Positions 1-12,109 of a stretch of 50,226 bases of DNA are shown piece by piece. Position 1 is the first letter of the stretch. Each line of letters opens with the position of its first letter. Location of the stretch: the NCBI RefSeq assembly GCF_001194135.2, contig NC_068981.1, forward strand, positions 127,313,846 to 127,364,071, read 5' to 3'. The position numbers and the translations under genes are program-made. This DNA is from Octopus bimaculoides (taxonomy: Eukaryota). The notes beneath the pieces were generated by a model, which made no database searches, was not told where the DNA came from, and saw only the letters and a program-made list of their open reading frames with translations.

Positions 1-239
1 CATTGATTAAATTAGTTCCAGCACTGGAGTTGATATACCCGGCAAAATAGTATTTCAAACTATTTTAATTTTGTCATTAAACCGTTGCTTGATTTTTCAA
101 TTAATGCTTTTTGTGCTTTCGAAAGATAATCGAAAGGATGTTTATGCAATTACATTGGTAATCAGACACAAACGTCCTTCCGGCTTCGCCCCTCACCTGT
201 GAACCAGGGGAACACCTAAAATATGACAAGAGAAAGGAA

Positions 240-412
240 AGGGTTTGGCACCAGTGTCCTAGCTATTACTTATTTACGACTGAAGTGACTGGGACAGCAT
301 GGAATAAAGTGTCTTGCTCGAAGATACGCAGTACCGTCCAGTCCAGGAATTAAATTTCTGGTCTTCCGATTGTGAACCAAACATCCTAACACTAAGCAAC
401 GCGCCGTGTCTA
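240..412 (-). mobile_element. tRNA-derived SINE, 5' part (same family as 5430-5758)
   Basis: The reverse strand reads ggcgcgttgcttagtgttagg...cctggactggacgg...gagcaagacactttatt, a tRNA-like head plus the conserved core. Confidence 0.6.
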
Positions 413-792
413 AATAATATATTACTTACTAAAGAAGCTTCATTGATCACCAGTTTTAATGACTGTTATTATTGTTGTAATAACTTCTCCTTGTATTGAA
501 GAGTAGAGAGTTAAATAGTTTGATCAGTTTTGAAATCATACAGATTGTTGCTGCAAAGTTTGGTGTATTTTATTAGAACCGTTCAGCAGTGAAGTTTCAA
601 AATATACTATTTTTATCAGCTCTTGTTATCTCTAGAAACTAGACTAATATAGATGACATACCAAACTGAAGTTGAACACTCTGGTTTAATTACCCTTTCT
701 TTTCTTTTTCCTTTTTTTATAAGATCACAGCCGTGAACGCGCGCGCGCACGTGTATGTTGAAATGTCATTAATATTTGGATGTCTTTCTATC

Positions 793-1170
793 TTTTACTT
801 GTTTCGGTCATTGGATTACAGCCATGCTGGGGCACCGCCTTAAAAGTTTAGTAAAAAAAATTGAGCCCTTAATACTTTTTTTTAAAAAAAAGCCTGTTTG
901 TCTATTTGCCGAACCGCTAAGTTACGCTGACATAAACAAATTAGCACTGATTCTCAAGTGGTGATTAGGGACAAACACAAAAACGTACACACACATGTGC
1001 ACATGATCGATTTCTTTCAGTTTCCCCCTACTAAATCTACTCACGAAGCCTTGATCAACCCAGGATTATAGTAAAAGAGACTTGTCCAGGGTGCTGCGCA
1101 GTGGGATTGAACGCAAAACCACATGGCCGGATGCTAGCTTCTTAACCACACAACCTTACCTGCGCCTACG
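793..1170 (-). mobile_element. tRNA-derived SINE family B
   Basis: Contains tttacttgtttcggtcatt...gccgaaccgctaagttacg...agacttgtccagggtgctgcgcagtgggattgaac...accacaca. The same motif order recurs at 15566, 37702, 44190 and 48995. Confidence 0.75.
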
Positions 1171-1688
1171 GAAATCCGTTGAGTTGAAAGTAGAAAGATG
1201 AGAAACATAAGTTATATCGCCCACCACTTTATAAACTGTGCCAAGATTGATTGTATTCAAAAGAGCTTTTAAATCTAGTTTCCTTCTATCGTAGTCAGTC
1301 TAGCGTGTCAGTTTAACCTAGCTATATCAATTTTTTTAAAATTGCATTTCAAAATCAGATTGACGATGAAGATGCACAAATTATAGGCTGTTTGATGTTC
1401 GTGCTTTTGTCAAAAAGCATTTGAAACGTAAGTGGAGTGTTTCAGCGTATGAAGCTCAGTTTTTATTTTACGCATGTTTAGTTCCACAAATAACTTAGGA
1501 GTCTGTTAACCAATAAAGCAATGTTCAGTCATACACAGACACATAATCTTTTACTTGTTTCAGTCATGTGACTGCGGCTATGCTGGAGCACCAGCTTGTA
1601 CGGTTATTCGAACAAATCTATATTCAGTAATTATTTTAAGTCCGGTACTTATTCTATCGATCTCATAAACATCGATCAATGCGCAACT

Positions 1689-1980
1689 GATACTTATTTC
1701 ATCGACCCCGAAAAGATGAAAGGCGAAGTCGACCTCGGTAGAATTTGATCTCAGGGATATAATGGGCCGGAAGAAGTCTTGCGAAGCATTTTGTCCAAAG
1801 TGCTAACGATTCTTTTCTACTACAAGGCCTGAAATTTGGGTGAGGGTCGATTTCAGCGACCCCGAAACGATGACAGACAAAGTCGACCTCGGCGGAATTT
1901 GAACTCAGAACGTAGCGACGAACGAAATATCGCTGAGCATTTCGTCCAGCGTACTAACGATTCTGCCAGCTCGCCGCCTT
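1689..1980 (-). mobile_element. Two tandem SINE family A copies with CpGs intact
   Basis: Each has gatgaaaggc-aagtcgacctcggc-gaatttgaactcag-agcatttcgtcc-ctaacgattctgccagctcgccgcc, the reverse of the family A head and body. Confidence 0.8.
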
Positions 1981-2634
1981 GAGCAGGTTGCTATAGCAAT
2001 TTATAAATTTTCCAAGTTGAAAAAATGAATAAATCTATAGCTCTTCTTAACGTTTCATTAGTGTCGTAAAAAATGCCATGTGTTATTTATTTCAGTTCTT
2101 ACGATTTGGGTTCGAATCCTGACGAAGTTAACTTTGCTTTTCATCCGTCTAGGGTTGATAAAATAATGTGTTGATCAAGTACTGGAGTCGATTTAATCGA
2201 CTTCCGCCCTATAAAAATCTTCAGTTATTTCTGTGTTCTACTTCGTTCCATACTCAATGTTGTTTAAGGTTTAACATTCGAAAACATGAACGTCATGACA
2301 AGCAGAATAATATTACAGATGAAAATAAAACTGAACTGAAAGTACAGGCAAACAGAAAAACAAAAACATTTGACGTATTTAGTTTTGTTGTTGCTGTTTG
2401 CTTTCTGTTTTTTTTTTTGTTTTTTTTGTTACACTGAAAAACTATTTTACAGCTGCACTTAATGAAAATCGTCATCCAGTTATTTGATGCTACAGATGCA
2501 AACACTTGTTTCAGCAATGACGTAAAACTGAATTATTTGTTTCTTCTTTCTCTTTTTCTCTCTCATACACACATGCACTCTCGTGTAGACACATGAGCAT
2601 GTGTGTGTAAATTCATTGCATATATTGTTACTTA

Positions 2635-3473
2635 CAGGGTTTCCCTTTCAAATTCTTCATTATTAATCTCGATTTCACCAATGTCAACCTCAAATTCGTC
2701 ATTGTCAACCTTAGTTTCGTTATTTTGAGCCTTAATTACGTTGTTGTCAATATCAATGTTGTTCTTGTCAACTTAAATGTTGTCACTGTAGATGGTTTTT
2801 TTTCCTTCACTTTTTTTTTTTAAAGCAGGCATTGGCATCAGTGATTACTTGTCACAGAATTGTAAAAGAATGTAAACATTAAGAAGTTTTGCAAAGGATT
2901 ACAAGTTTCGTATAATTAGTACATCAGATATACATAAAACTATATACAACACTATATGCATATACAACATGACAAAAACAAAAATAAATAACATCAGTTT
3001 AACTTTTTATTCATTATTCCTATTCCTACACTCTTTTGACATATTCCTTAAAAAAAGCTCCATGTCGATCATTTACATACATTAAGAAATGGAATAATGA
3101 GTAAAAGGTTATGTCATATTGTATATGTATGTAGTCTATGTATAGTGTGCAGTCTTACATACATCTAATGTACTAAATGTGTATATATTTACTGCAATGT
3201 AAGGTGTAAGAATTTTTAGTATGCAAAAACTGTAATCCTTTACAAAACTTTTCACTGTTTATATTCTTTTGCAATTCTTTGATAAGTAATCACTAATGCC
3301 AATGTCTATTCATAAAAATAGTTCCCTCTATCCTACAGAGATGACATTTAAGATGACAATGACAAAATCAAAATATGTGACAACAAAATGGGGATTGAAG
3401 TTGATGATGAATTTGAAGTTGACATCAACAAGATTTTGATTGATAGTGATAAATCTAATGCAAAAACACCCTG
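2635..3473. mobile_element. Putative non-autonomous DNA transposon with about 150-bp degenerate TIRs containing a 21-bp minisatellite
   Basis: Left arm 2635-2791 is an inverted homolog of 3333-3473 (e.g. tgacgaatttgaggttgacat vs tgatgaatttgaagttgacat). Outer ends are CAGGG...CCCTG, with TA on the left flank only. Confidence 0.45.
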
Positions 3474-4264
3474 AAAACTGTGATAGTAAATAAAATAGGA
3501 ATAAAATTTATCCTTTCTGTGCAACCTGGTGATTGGAAACCCTTGGTTTAATACACTATATTCTTCCTCCAAATTTTCTCCTGGCTTTGTGCCAATGTTG
3601 TAAGTTACTATTTTTTTTTTTTTTTTAATTTTTAACATAAGTACAAGTTGTTGGATTTTGTTAGAAGGAGTGGCAATAATAGCAACTCTAGGCTAGAGAT
3701 ATAGAAAAAGAGAGCTAATGATGAAAGTGAAGTTAAAAACAGTCAGTGGGTCAAGTTCTGTCTGTGGTAACATCATGCTGATATTCAACTTGAGCTGTTT
3801 GTTACACAATGACATAGCATTGACAATGTCTTACTCTAAACTAGTGTAAACAGCCGATTGTTTCAAATGTACCACAAGGTGATTATTAACAATTATGTTA
3901 TAAAATTTTTGAGTCAGCCTTCAAATATCTAGAATATTTAGCACAGAACATCATAGTTTAGATGGATATATTGTAATTACATTTTACTTCTTTTTTTTTT
4001 CTTTACATAAAACACACCAAGATTTAAAGTCTACAACTATTTCTTATTTTACTATATGAAAATAACTGTGTGCAAAATGTCTAGTAGAGCTTTCAAAGGT
4101 GAAGGCTACTGTTCCAGCTCTTCTGATGATTTTTATGTTCTAGAATGTTGGAATATGTATGTGTATTTGATGTTAGCAAGAAAATGGTGCAATGAAATAT
4201 TCCTGTATTTTGTTTGCTTGAACAAGGCTTACAGATACAAAACAAGTAGTCAATATATCAAGAA

Positions 4265-4470
4265 GTAAGGCAATGAACTGGCAAAGCTGTTAGCACGCTG
4301 GGTAAAATGCTTAGTAGCATTTCGTCCGTTTTTACATTCTAAGTTCAAATTCCACCAAAGTTGACTTCACCTTTCATCTTTTTCATCTTTTCAGGGTCAA
4401 AGTACCAATTGATGTAATTAATTTACCCCTTCCCCTGAACTTGCTGGCCTTGTGCCAAAAGTTTAAAATC
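4265..4470 (+). mobile_element. SINE family A (CpG-decayed copy)
   Basis: aactggcaaagctgttagcacg...ttcaaattccaccaaagttgac...gggtcaaagtaccaatt...ggccttgtgccaaaa. Confidence 0.8.
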
Positions 4471-4799
4471 AATATATTCTTTAATGGGATACTCATTCAC
4501 AGAATACATTTCATTTTAGTTCACAGGAAAAGTAACTTTACATCATAATTATGTCTTCTAATGGCATGAAATATTGATTTCATTTGACAATATCTGTATG
4601 AAGTAAAGAACAATGCTGAAGATTAGAAATTCATTTTTTGTCATTAAAGGAAGAAGTTTCTTTTTATAAGTCAATTAAAATGGACCATAGTAAATTACTG
4701 AAGAACAGCTAAGCTAACAAAGATGTATCTATGTAGTTGCTATTTGCTGGAAATAGCAACCAAATTTCTCTTAACATTTTCATTACTACATTTCTGTTG

Positions 4800-4980
4800 A
4801 AATACACTGCTTTCATTTCAATGGATTTTGAAACTGATGAAGAATTGATTGTAAGACAGTTTCTTCAAGCCAAACCAATTGGCAGGAGACCTAGACAGAC
4901 TACAAGCAAGATGATTGGATAATATCTATAGTCTCAGTTAGTCATCCTTAGGAATCCAGCAAGAAAGTTTCATGATGGTT
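4800..4980 (+). mobile_element. RTE-type LINE 3' fragment
   Basis: Translates IVRQFLQAKPIGRRPR, then degenerate WLDNI; homologous to the minus-strand copy at 34770-35092. Confidence 0.5.
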
Positions 4981-5429
4981 GTTTTTAATAAGAGCCTATA
5001 GAGAAGGTGCCTGAGGGTTCTACTTTCATGATCCTCCTAGTAATAAAGAGCAGCAAAAATGGATGGAGGAAGAATTTAAGCTGGGGTTTGGGACATAAAT
5101 TAACATGGAATTTTGATGGAAGATTTTAATTTAGATCACTTTAAAACAAGAAGCTTATATCATGGGACTAGGATGCATTTCAGGTAGGTTGGTATTAAAA
5201 GGATTAAATTGCACCTCACTGTCTTAGAAAAGTATGCATTTGGTAATGTGGTCCTGGATCCCCTGCATATATATATGGTGACTGCTGTATTATTTTAGGT
5301 AAAACAACAAGAAATAAAGTACAGTGACCCAGCAAAAAAGTCTCTATACTGTTGCTCAAACTGCTAGAAATAGCAGTCAGATTCCCCCAAATCACACTCT
5401 ACCATATTGACTAATGTAGCATCCTTATA

Positions 5430-5758
5430 AGGCCCCCTTCGGTCATGAATGGCCATGGGATTGCACCTAGACAGTTACCCTCTAAGGCACAAGTCTGGTT
5501 GTTTATGGAAGACCAGCTTACACCCATGCATACCAGCCTCCCCTCTTCATGCCATTGATGTTATCCAAAGGAAAGGCAAAGGCTGATACAGCTTGGCACC
5601 AGTGACATCGCAACTCACTTCTACAGCTGAGTGAACTGGAGCAATATAAAATTAAGTGTCTTGCTTAAGAACACAACACATAGCCCAGTCTGGGAATCAA
5701 ACTCACTACTTCGTGATTGTGAGTTCGACACTCTAACCACTAAGCCATGTGCCTTCAC
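5430..5758 (-). mobile_element. Full-length tRNA-derived SINE with 12-bp TSD
   Basis: tRNA-like head (gtgaaggcacatggcttagtggttagagtgtcgaactcac...gtttgattccc). Flanked by agcatccttata (5418-5429) and agcatctttata (5759-5770); it interrupts another repeat. Confidence 0.8.
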
Positions 5759-8700
5759 AGCATCTTTATATACCTTTGATCAGTGATAGTATATAAAACA
5801 TTTTTTATATACCGGTGCTGATCGAGGGTTAAACAGCAATCACATGAGCAAAACAAGTACTGTAAAGTGATAGTAAGTTCTTTTTGAGAATATAGTTTGT
5901 TTTATAATTCTGACTTTTGATTAAGATGATATTCCCTAGTTAATTCTTTGTATCTACAATTACTAAACATAGACAATATCCTACTGAGGACTTACCTTTC
6001 TTTGGGACATTGAAGACAAGTCCTTCTTTGATAACTCAGTAGGAGTTATGAAACATTGCTGGTTTTTTATCTTTACCAATACTTGGTCTATCCCCAAAAA
6101 AGAGACACCTTGGGTAAATGTCAACTAATTCATGCACTATTAAAATATTAATTAGGAAGTATATAGTTCAGTATTGTACTGGAGTATCTGTACACACTTT
6201 AGCTTTTGGAATAAATTAATTTCTTACATAGATACAAAGTGGGGGTTATGAATTTATGAAATACAATCTTTTCTCAAAAAGCTAAAATATAATAACTTTT
6301 GTTATGTCTATGGGAGAGTCACATGAAATGACATAAAGAATCTTGCAAACCAGATACAAAAATGCACTAAAATGTAATAAATATAAAAGTGCTGAAGTAA
6401 AATGGTAAAACCAAAACTGGGTGAAAGATTTTGCTTACAAAGAGCTTATTTTTTTCTATAACACTTACCTCTCAGTAATAATATTGAGGATGATTTTAGA
6501 CATTGGCACATGTCCACAAACTTTTTGGTGGGAGGCACCGGCAGTGAAGTTGATTCCCCTTCCCCAACAAGTCATGCATAGGGGTACTGTCTGACCTTTC
6601 TATCATGTAACAGTAATTGTTTATTTATAGATAGGTTTTTGACTACATCTTTGCCACCTGATATAGAGTATAGAGAATATGTTTTAAAATCTTTTTTACA
6701 GCTGTGTTTCCATGCATAGAGAAAGCTCTTTCTCTCCCCTTACTGACAAAAACTCTTAGATGTAAGATAAAATACTTGTAAACTTGTGCTGTAGTAAACT
6801 GAAGAAAATAATATGGTCATTTCTCAGAACATGTCACTATACCAAAGGCAAGGTTTCTATTGCAGATTCTATGGATTAATTAATTAGTCCCCAAGACCCT
6901 TTAGTTACGTACTATGTTCTCTATAGATGATACACAACATCATTTTAGATATGTTCTCTGATAAAGTCTTCCTATACAAATTTGAAACCAAATTTTACAT
7001 TTTTCCTAGGGACATTATGTCTTTTGAGAAAGCAATGTTATTATTTCTAATCCTCAGTTTTCCATCATTCTGTTAAGCAAGTATGAGGACAAGTCTCTGC
7101 GTGTGACCACTGTTACAACTTTCATCACCACCAGCAGATAAGCTGCTGCTAAGAAATTAATGTTATATATTCTTTTATTCATTATTAATTTTCTTTCTTT
7201 CTTTTCTTTGGATCATAAAACTCATTGATAGATTAAGCTTAATCTTTTCATATGTTATTGCTACAAAAGATTGTTTGATTATTTTTTCCCATTTTCTGCT
7301 CCCTAGCTGTGATGTTTAGTGAGTCATTTTTCCTAATCATCCTTTTATATCGGTTTAATACTCTAATCTACGACTAGATAACTCCCTGGCTTGATAAATT
7401 AGGAGAAAGATAATTACATTGCCTTGGAAAAGTTTCCATTTCCCAATACTGTTTATATAACACTGTGTGTGTGTGTGTGTGTGTGTGTGCCTGTCATTCA
7501 CTCAGCTACATTTCTTGCACTAGATAAGTATGGTCAATATGTACCTGTTAATCTATCGTGAAAACAAGGCTTGGTATTAAGTAGGACATATAGTGTAAAC
7601 TACTTTTTTCAAGTATTCTTGTTTGGCTTAATGTGCAATGGGATAGGTTTGTTATTTTTCTCGTAAGAAACTATCTCTCATCACTGAGTTTTCACATTAT
7701 TACTGTACTTTATCTTGATTAATTTTATGCACATTATATATTATTTTCTAAGTTTCTGGATTTAGAGAATACAACTACTTTGAGTTGATGGGAATCTATT
7801 GTACTAACATTGGTGCTGCAATGTATCTAGCAAAGCTCTTAATTTGTAATGAGCCACTGGCTTTTACTAAGAAAATTACATTTCATTACTGTAACAAAAG
7901 CCTAGTGTAACCAACAGTGTTTTGTTAACTTGATTTAGTTGGCTCTAATCTTTGAGGATAGTTATCTGTTGCTGATTGGCTCCTTATCTTAGAGATTTAT
8001 CTGCCGTCAAGTTTTGATGATAGAAACTAGGAAATTTTATGGTCTGGCTACAAAGATGAAGCTTAAAACTAATAATCATTATTGATTGCTGGATGTATTC
8101 TGCTGTATCAATTATATCTTCAATTACTTTACATTGTATAAAATGATTCCAAAACTCATAGAATAAAACTAGTTTACAGATGAAATTTTACATCCACCAT
8201 CTGTTTAACTTACTGGTTAAAACAAACAAGAACAAAATAGAATATCTCTTGGTAAATGATTTAACAACTACTTTTATCTAACACAACTGGAATTACAATC
8301 AATGGTATTTTACAGATGGCTAAATAATTTACTCTTTTTTAAATGCCAAGAAATAAAATTGTGTGAGTTTTATTTCCAGTGTATATAAGCATTTGTGTGT
8401 GGTACTGGACTATTGTTCTAAAGTCTAATATAAACATTGCAAAACCTATTCATTGCAATGTGTTATTCAACAAGGTACATTACTTTTTCTTTTTTCTTCT
8501 TTTTTTTTGTGTTTGTTTGATGCAGAAAGGGAAATGCACATAACCTTTCTTGGTTTTCCTAGGTTATTGGTTGGACAACTGGGGAGGGAACTGATGTTCT
8601 GATAGAACATAATTCTTATGAAGATTTTTTTTTTTTTAATTTCATATAGGGTCTTTCACACCTTGAAACTTACATTTAAAATCCAGTTGATGCATGCCTT

Positions 8701-9213
8701 GCCAGATTCATGGATTGTTCAATATATATCTCTTCCTCTTCTCCCAAAGATGGAAATGATGGCCAGAAAGGGCAACATGAGCTTGCCTCTGTTTTGTGAG
8801 AATCCTTTACGTAATGGATATTTAGAGAATCCATAGTATCAGTGTTAAAGTTTAACTGCCACTCTGCTGTAGCATGACCTCAGCCTGTATTCATATGTTC
8901 ACTACTTTCTAGTTAGAACATGAAGAATTATTGGATAAGGTGTGTGTAGATACAAAAAAAAGTAAGACATAGGCTAACTGGCAATGGGATAAAGTTAACA
9001 GATTAACTGCAACTGACCCATTGTACTTGTATTCAAGATGATACAGGATTTCACATCTTGACAATGCACTGATGGGTTGGTTAAATAAAAACAAAAAAGA
9101 AATTTTAGTTTGCTCAGTGCAAATATATTAGTCTCACTGTTGTTGTTTAGCTTGTCGGCTGTCACAACCAATCTTCTTTTTCTTTTGTTTTGTTTTTTGT
9201 TTTTTTCTTCCAG

Positions 9214-9336
9214 GTGTAGTGTATCTACTTCTAGATTAACCAATACATTGTTTCAGTTACATGCAAGAGATTTAGCTGCTATTTCCAGCAGATCAGAAAG
9301 CTGTAGAATCTCCTACATTGCCCTGATGGAGTTTAG
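9214..9336 (+). other. Candidate exon (coding phase 2-2, or 5'UTR)
   Basis: Long polypyrimidine tract ending cttccag| and donor TTTAG|gtgaat; 123 nt. One open frame (CSVSTSRLTNTLFQLHARDLAAISSRSESCRISYIALMEF). Not directly phase-compatible with 18452 or 24349. Confidence 0.35.
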
Positions 9337-9581
9337 GTGAATTTAAATGAAACGATTCTTTGCCTTTTACATCTTGAAAACTAGATATTAAGAAATAGCT
9401 GTAAAATTATGGTGTTAAGCCATTTACTACATGATCTTCTGTTCAAAATTTACTGTAGTAATTGTGTTATACCCTCCAGCGAGGTACATAACTTCACTTT
9501 CTCCAGTTATTCTGACTGATAAAACTGATTCCACTCTTCATGATTGAGCACTAAAATAATAAGGGTTTCGGCTGTAAAAAA

Positions 9582-9952
9582 TATATTGTTGTTGTTGGCA
9601 CTCCGTCGCTTACGACGTCGAGGGTTCCAGTTGATCCGACCAACGGAACAGCCTGCCCGTGAAATTAACGTGCAAGTGGCTGAGCACTCCACAGACACGT
9701 GTACCCTTAACGTAGTTCTCAGAGATACTCAGCGTGACACAGTGTGACAAGGCTGACCCTTTGAATTACAGGCACAACAGAAACAGGAAGTGAGAGAAAG
9801 TTGTGGTGAAAGAGTACAGCAGGGTTCGCCACCATCCCCTGCCGGAGCCTTGTGGAGGCTTTAGATGTTTTCGCTCAATAAACACTCACAACGCCCGGTC
9901 TGGGAATCGAAACCGCGAGTCCGCTGCCCTAATCACTGGGCCATTCCGCCTC
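9582..9952 (-). mobile_element. tRNA-derived SINE family C (young)
   Basis: Inverted near-copy of 49095-49483, with (ACA)n tail and tRNA-like head carrying a 14-bp deletion relative to that copy. Confidence 0.85.
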
Positions 9953-10123
9953 CATATATATATATATATANNNNNNNNNNNNNNNNNNNNNNNNNNNNNN
10001 NNNNNNNNNNNNNNNNNNNNNNNNNNNNNNNNNNNNNNNNNNNNNNNNNNNNNNNNNNNNNNNNNNNNNNNNNNNNNNNNNNNNNNNNNNNNNNNNNNNN
10101 NNNCACTGGGCCATTCCGCCTCC

Positions 10124-10190
<67 letters not shown>

Positions 10191-11511
10191 TACATACACA
10201 TACATAGGCGCGACCGCGTACAATTTTACATTCCGACTTCTAATATGCAGGTATGGGATTAGAGATAGGAAGGAGAAAATGTTAAAAAGTTTCGTCAGAA
10301 AGATTATCTATAGAAGTTCTTACATTTAAAATATTTTTATATAGACACATATAAGCAACCATATACTATATGCGAACTAATGCGGAAACTCCTATGTGGT
10401 CGCTCGACAGTGGAAACAAAAGCTAAATCTTCGACAAATTACACCGTACAGTCTTGAAAAGGCAGATATATTGCTTAAAGTAGTTCTGTATGTAGAATGG
10501 TCGAGTAAAGGACGATATAGTCATAGGCGAGACGTCTTTGGTCATTAGTAAGCTTGGTCGGGGTTGACGTGGGGGTTAAAACAACTTGAGAATATAGATA
10601 ATGGAAGAATGTAGTTGAGAGTGTTACTGTAAAAGAAAATTCTATGAGTGCAAATGACCAGGTAAATAAGACAATGAGGAATTAGTGGTTGATTCCTATC
10701 AATTATTAGACATTGGGCCTGTTACTAAACGCATAGCTTTCAACAACCATTAACATTAACGTGTATCTGGTTGTTTGCCAGTGCCAGGTTCAATTCCTTC
10801 GTCGGGAAAAGCTACCTTTATTTGACCAGTGGAAGACTGGAGGAAAGAGAGCCTTCTCCTTCATCTGGTTTAACATTGCTGAAACCTGACATAATAATTA
10901 TTCGACAATTTTTGCAAGTCGAAGAAAAAGTTTTGTTTTCTTTCGCGCTTGAATCATTTTATAAGGGAAATAACTTATTTCGTGTAAAGCTGGATTACTT
11001 CCCTCTAATTTCATCAACGATTCTTTTTTTCATTTCTTGTCACTCTTCAAACATATTAGTAATACCCTTAAATTCATAAACAAAACTTAGAATTATTAGC
11101 CAATGCGAATATTAATAATACTACAAAAAGATAGATAAATAAACGTGTGTAAAGTTATTCAATGATTTGAAAGCATTTTATTNNNNNNNNNNNNNNNNNN
11201 NNNNNNNNNNNNNNNNNNNNNNNNNNAGAAAAGTGAGCAAAGTACCAAGTTTTCGAACTAGTGCTTCTGAAAAAATTTTGATTTTAATATTCTTGACTTA
11301 ATGAATATTTCTTGTTAGCTTTTAAAAACCGTTGTTTAGCTCCAGGGCATTAGTGTAGAAAAGAGTACAAAGTTAGTCCCTTTGAAGGCACAAAGTATAA
11401 CTATTAAATATAAGAAGGGATTGCCAGTTCATTATCATATATATATGTGTGTGTGTGTGTGTGTTGAGGCTGTGTGGTAAGAAGTTTCCTTAACCACATG
11501 GTTCTAGGTTC

Positions 11512-11808
11512 AACTGCTACAAAGGTAAAGGTAATGCATTAGATACGAATAATTACAGAGGTATCAAGTTGTTGGATCAGGTAATGAATGTCACGGAGAG
11601 GGTCATAGCTCAACTAATTAGGGAGAGAGTCAATTTAGATGAGATACAGTTTGGATTTTTGCCAGGGAAAAGCACCACTGATGTTATATTTCTGGTAAGA
11701 CAGCTGCAGGAGAAATACCTAGCCAAAGATAAACCTCTGTACCTGGCTTTCGTTGACATGGAGAAAGCCTTTGACAGGGTCCCCCGATCCCTTATCTGGT
11801 GGTCAATG
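11512..11808 (+). mobile_element. RTE-type LINE reverse transcriptase internal fragment
   Basis: Translates NCYKGKG...NYRGIKLLDQVMNVTERVIAQLIRERVNLDEIQFGFLPGKSTTDVIFLVRQLQEKYLAKDKPLYLAFVDMEKAFDRVPRSLIWWS, the N-terminal part of a non-LTR RT (QFGF..G.ST.D, F.D.EKAFD.V). Confidence 0.9.
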
Positions 11809-11819
11809 TATATATTACT

Positions 11820-11990
11820 CTTATACTTGTTTCAGTCATTTGACTGCACCATGCTGGAGCACCACCTTTAGTTGAGCAAATCAACCCCAGGACTTATTCT
11901 TTGTAAGCCTAGTACTTATTCTATCGGTCTCTTTTGCCGAACCACTAAGTTACATGGACGTAAACACACAAACATATACACACACATACA
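11820..11990 (-). mobile_element. SINE family B 3' part
   Basis: tacttgtttcagtcatttgactgcaccatgctggagcacc...gtacttattctatcggtctcttttgccgaaccactaagttac. Confidence 0.8.
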
Positions 11991-12000
11991 TATATATATA

Positions 12001-12109
12001 TATATAGCAATAAGAAAATGGAGGGGGATATGAGGTACTCATCAACTTGCAGACACTATATTCAGTGATGAGTACCTCATATTCCCCTCCATTTTCTTAT
12101 TGCTATATA
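12001..12109. repeat. 44-bp-arm palindrome (one mismatch, 21-nt loop)
   Basis: tatatagcaataagaaaatggagggggatatgaggtactcatca (12001-12044) versus tgatgagtacctcatattcccctccattttcttattgctatata (12066-12109). Confidence 0.95.

Larger units (their letters stand above)
1..2800. promoter_or_regulatory. CpG-retaining region at window start (promoter-proximal or intergenic, probably unmethylated)
   Basis: Many CpGs, including within SINE copies (aagtcgacctcggcggaatttgaactcagaacgtagcgacg). CpG density drops sharply after about 2850. Confidence 0.35.

Noticed and set aside
3348-3638. 96-aa minus-strand ORF
   Set aside because: Composed of a poly-A tract, a SINE-tail remnant and the antisense of the inverted-repeat arm.
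8524-8836. Protein-like fragments (VIGWTTGEGTDVLIEHNSYE; DACLARFMDCSIYISSSSPKDG) with several AG acceptors
   Set aside because: Stops or frameshifts in every consistent frame and no recognisable family; possibly an old pseudogene or TE but unsupported.
9017-9067. Minus-strand 51-nt candidate exon (ALSRCEILYHLEYKYNG)
   Set aside because: Only a moderate donor (gtcagt), no homology and no partner exons.
9544-9747. ORF nearly identical to the minus-strand ORF 49321-49509 (apparent duplicated gene)
   Set aside because: Both are antisense translations of SINE family C copies.
9933-10135. Direct repeat cactgggccattccgcctccatatata on both sides of the gap
   Set aside because: Identical sequence flanking an N gap at a (TA)n tract is the typical contig-overlap artefact.
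10771-11079. 102-aa ORF with non-ATG start
   Set aside because: Begins in a repeat fragment and has low-complexity AT-driven composition.
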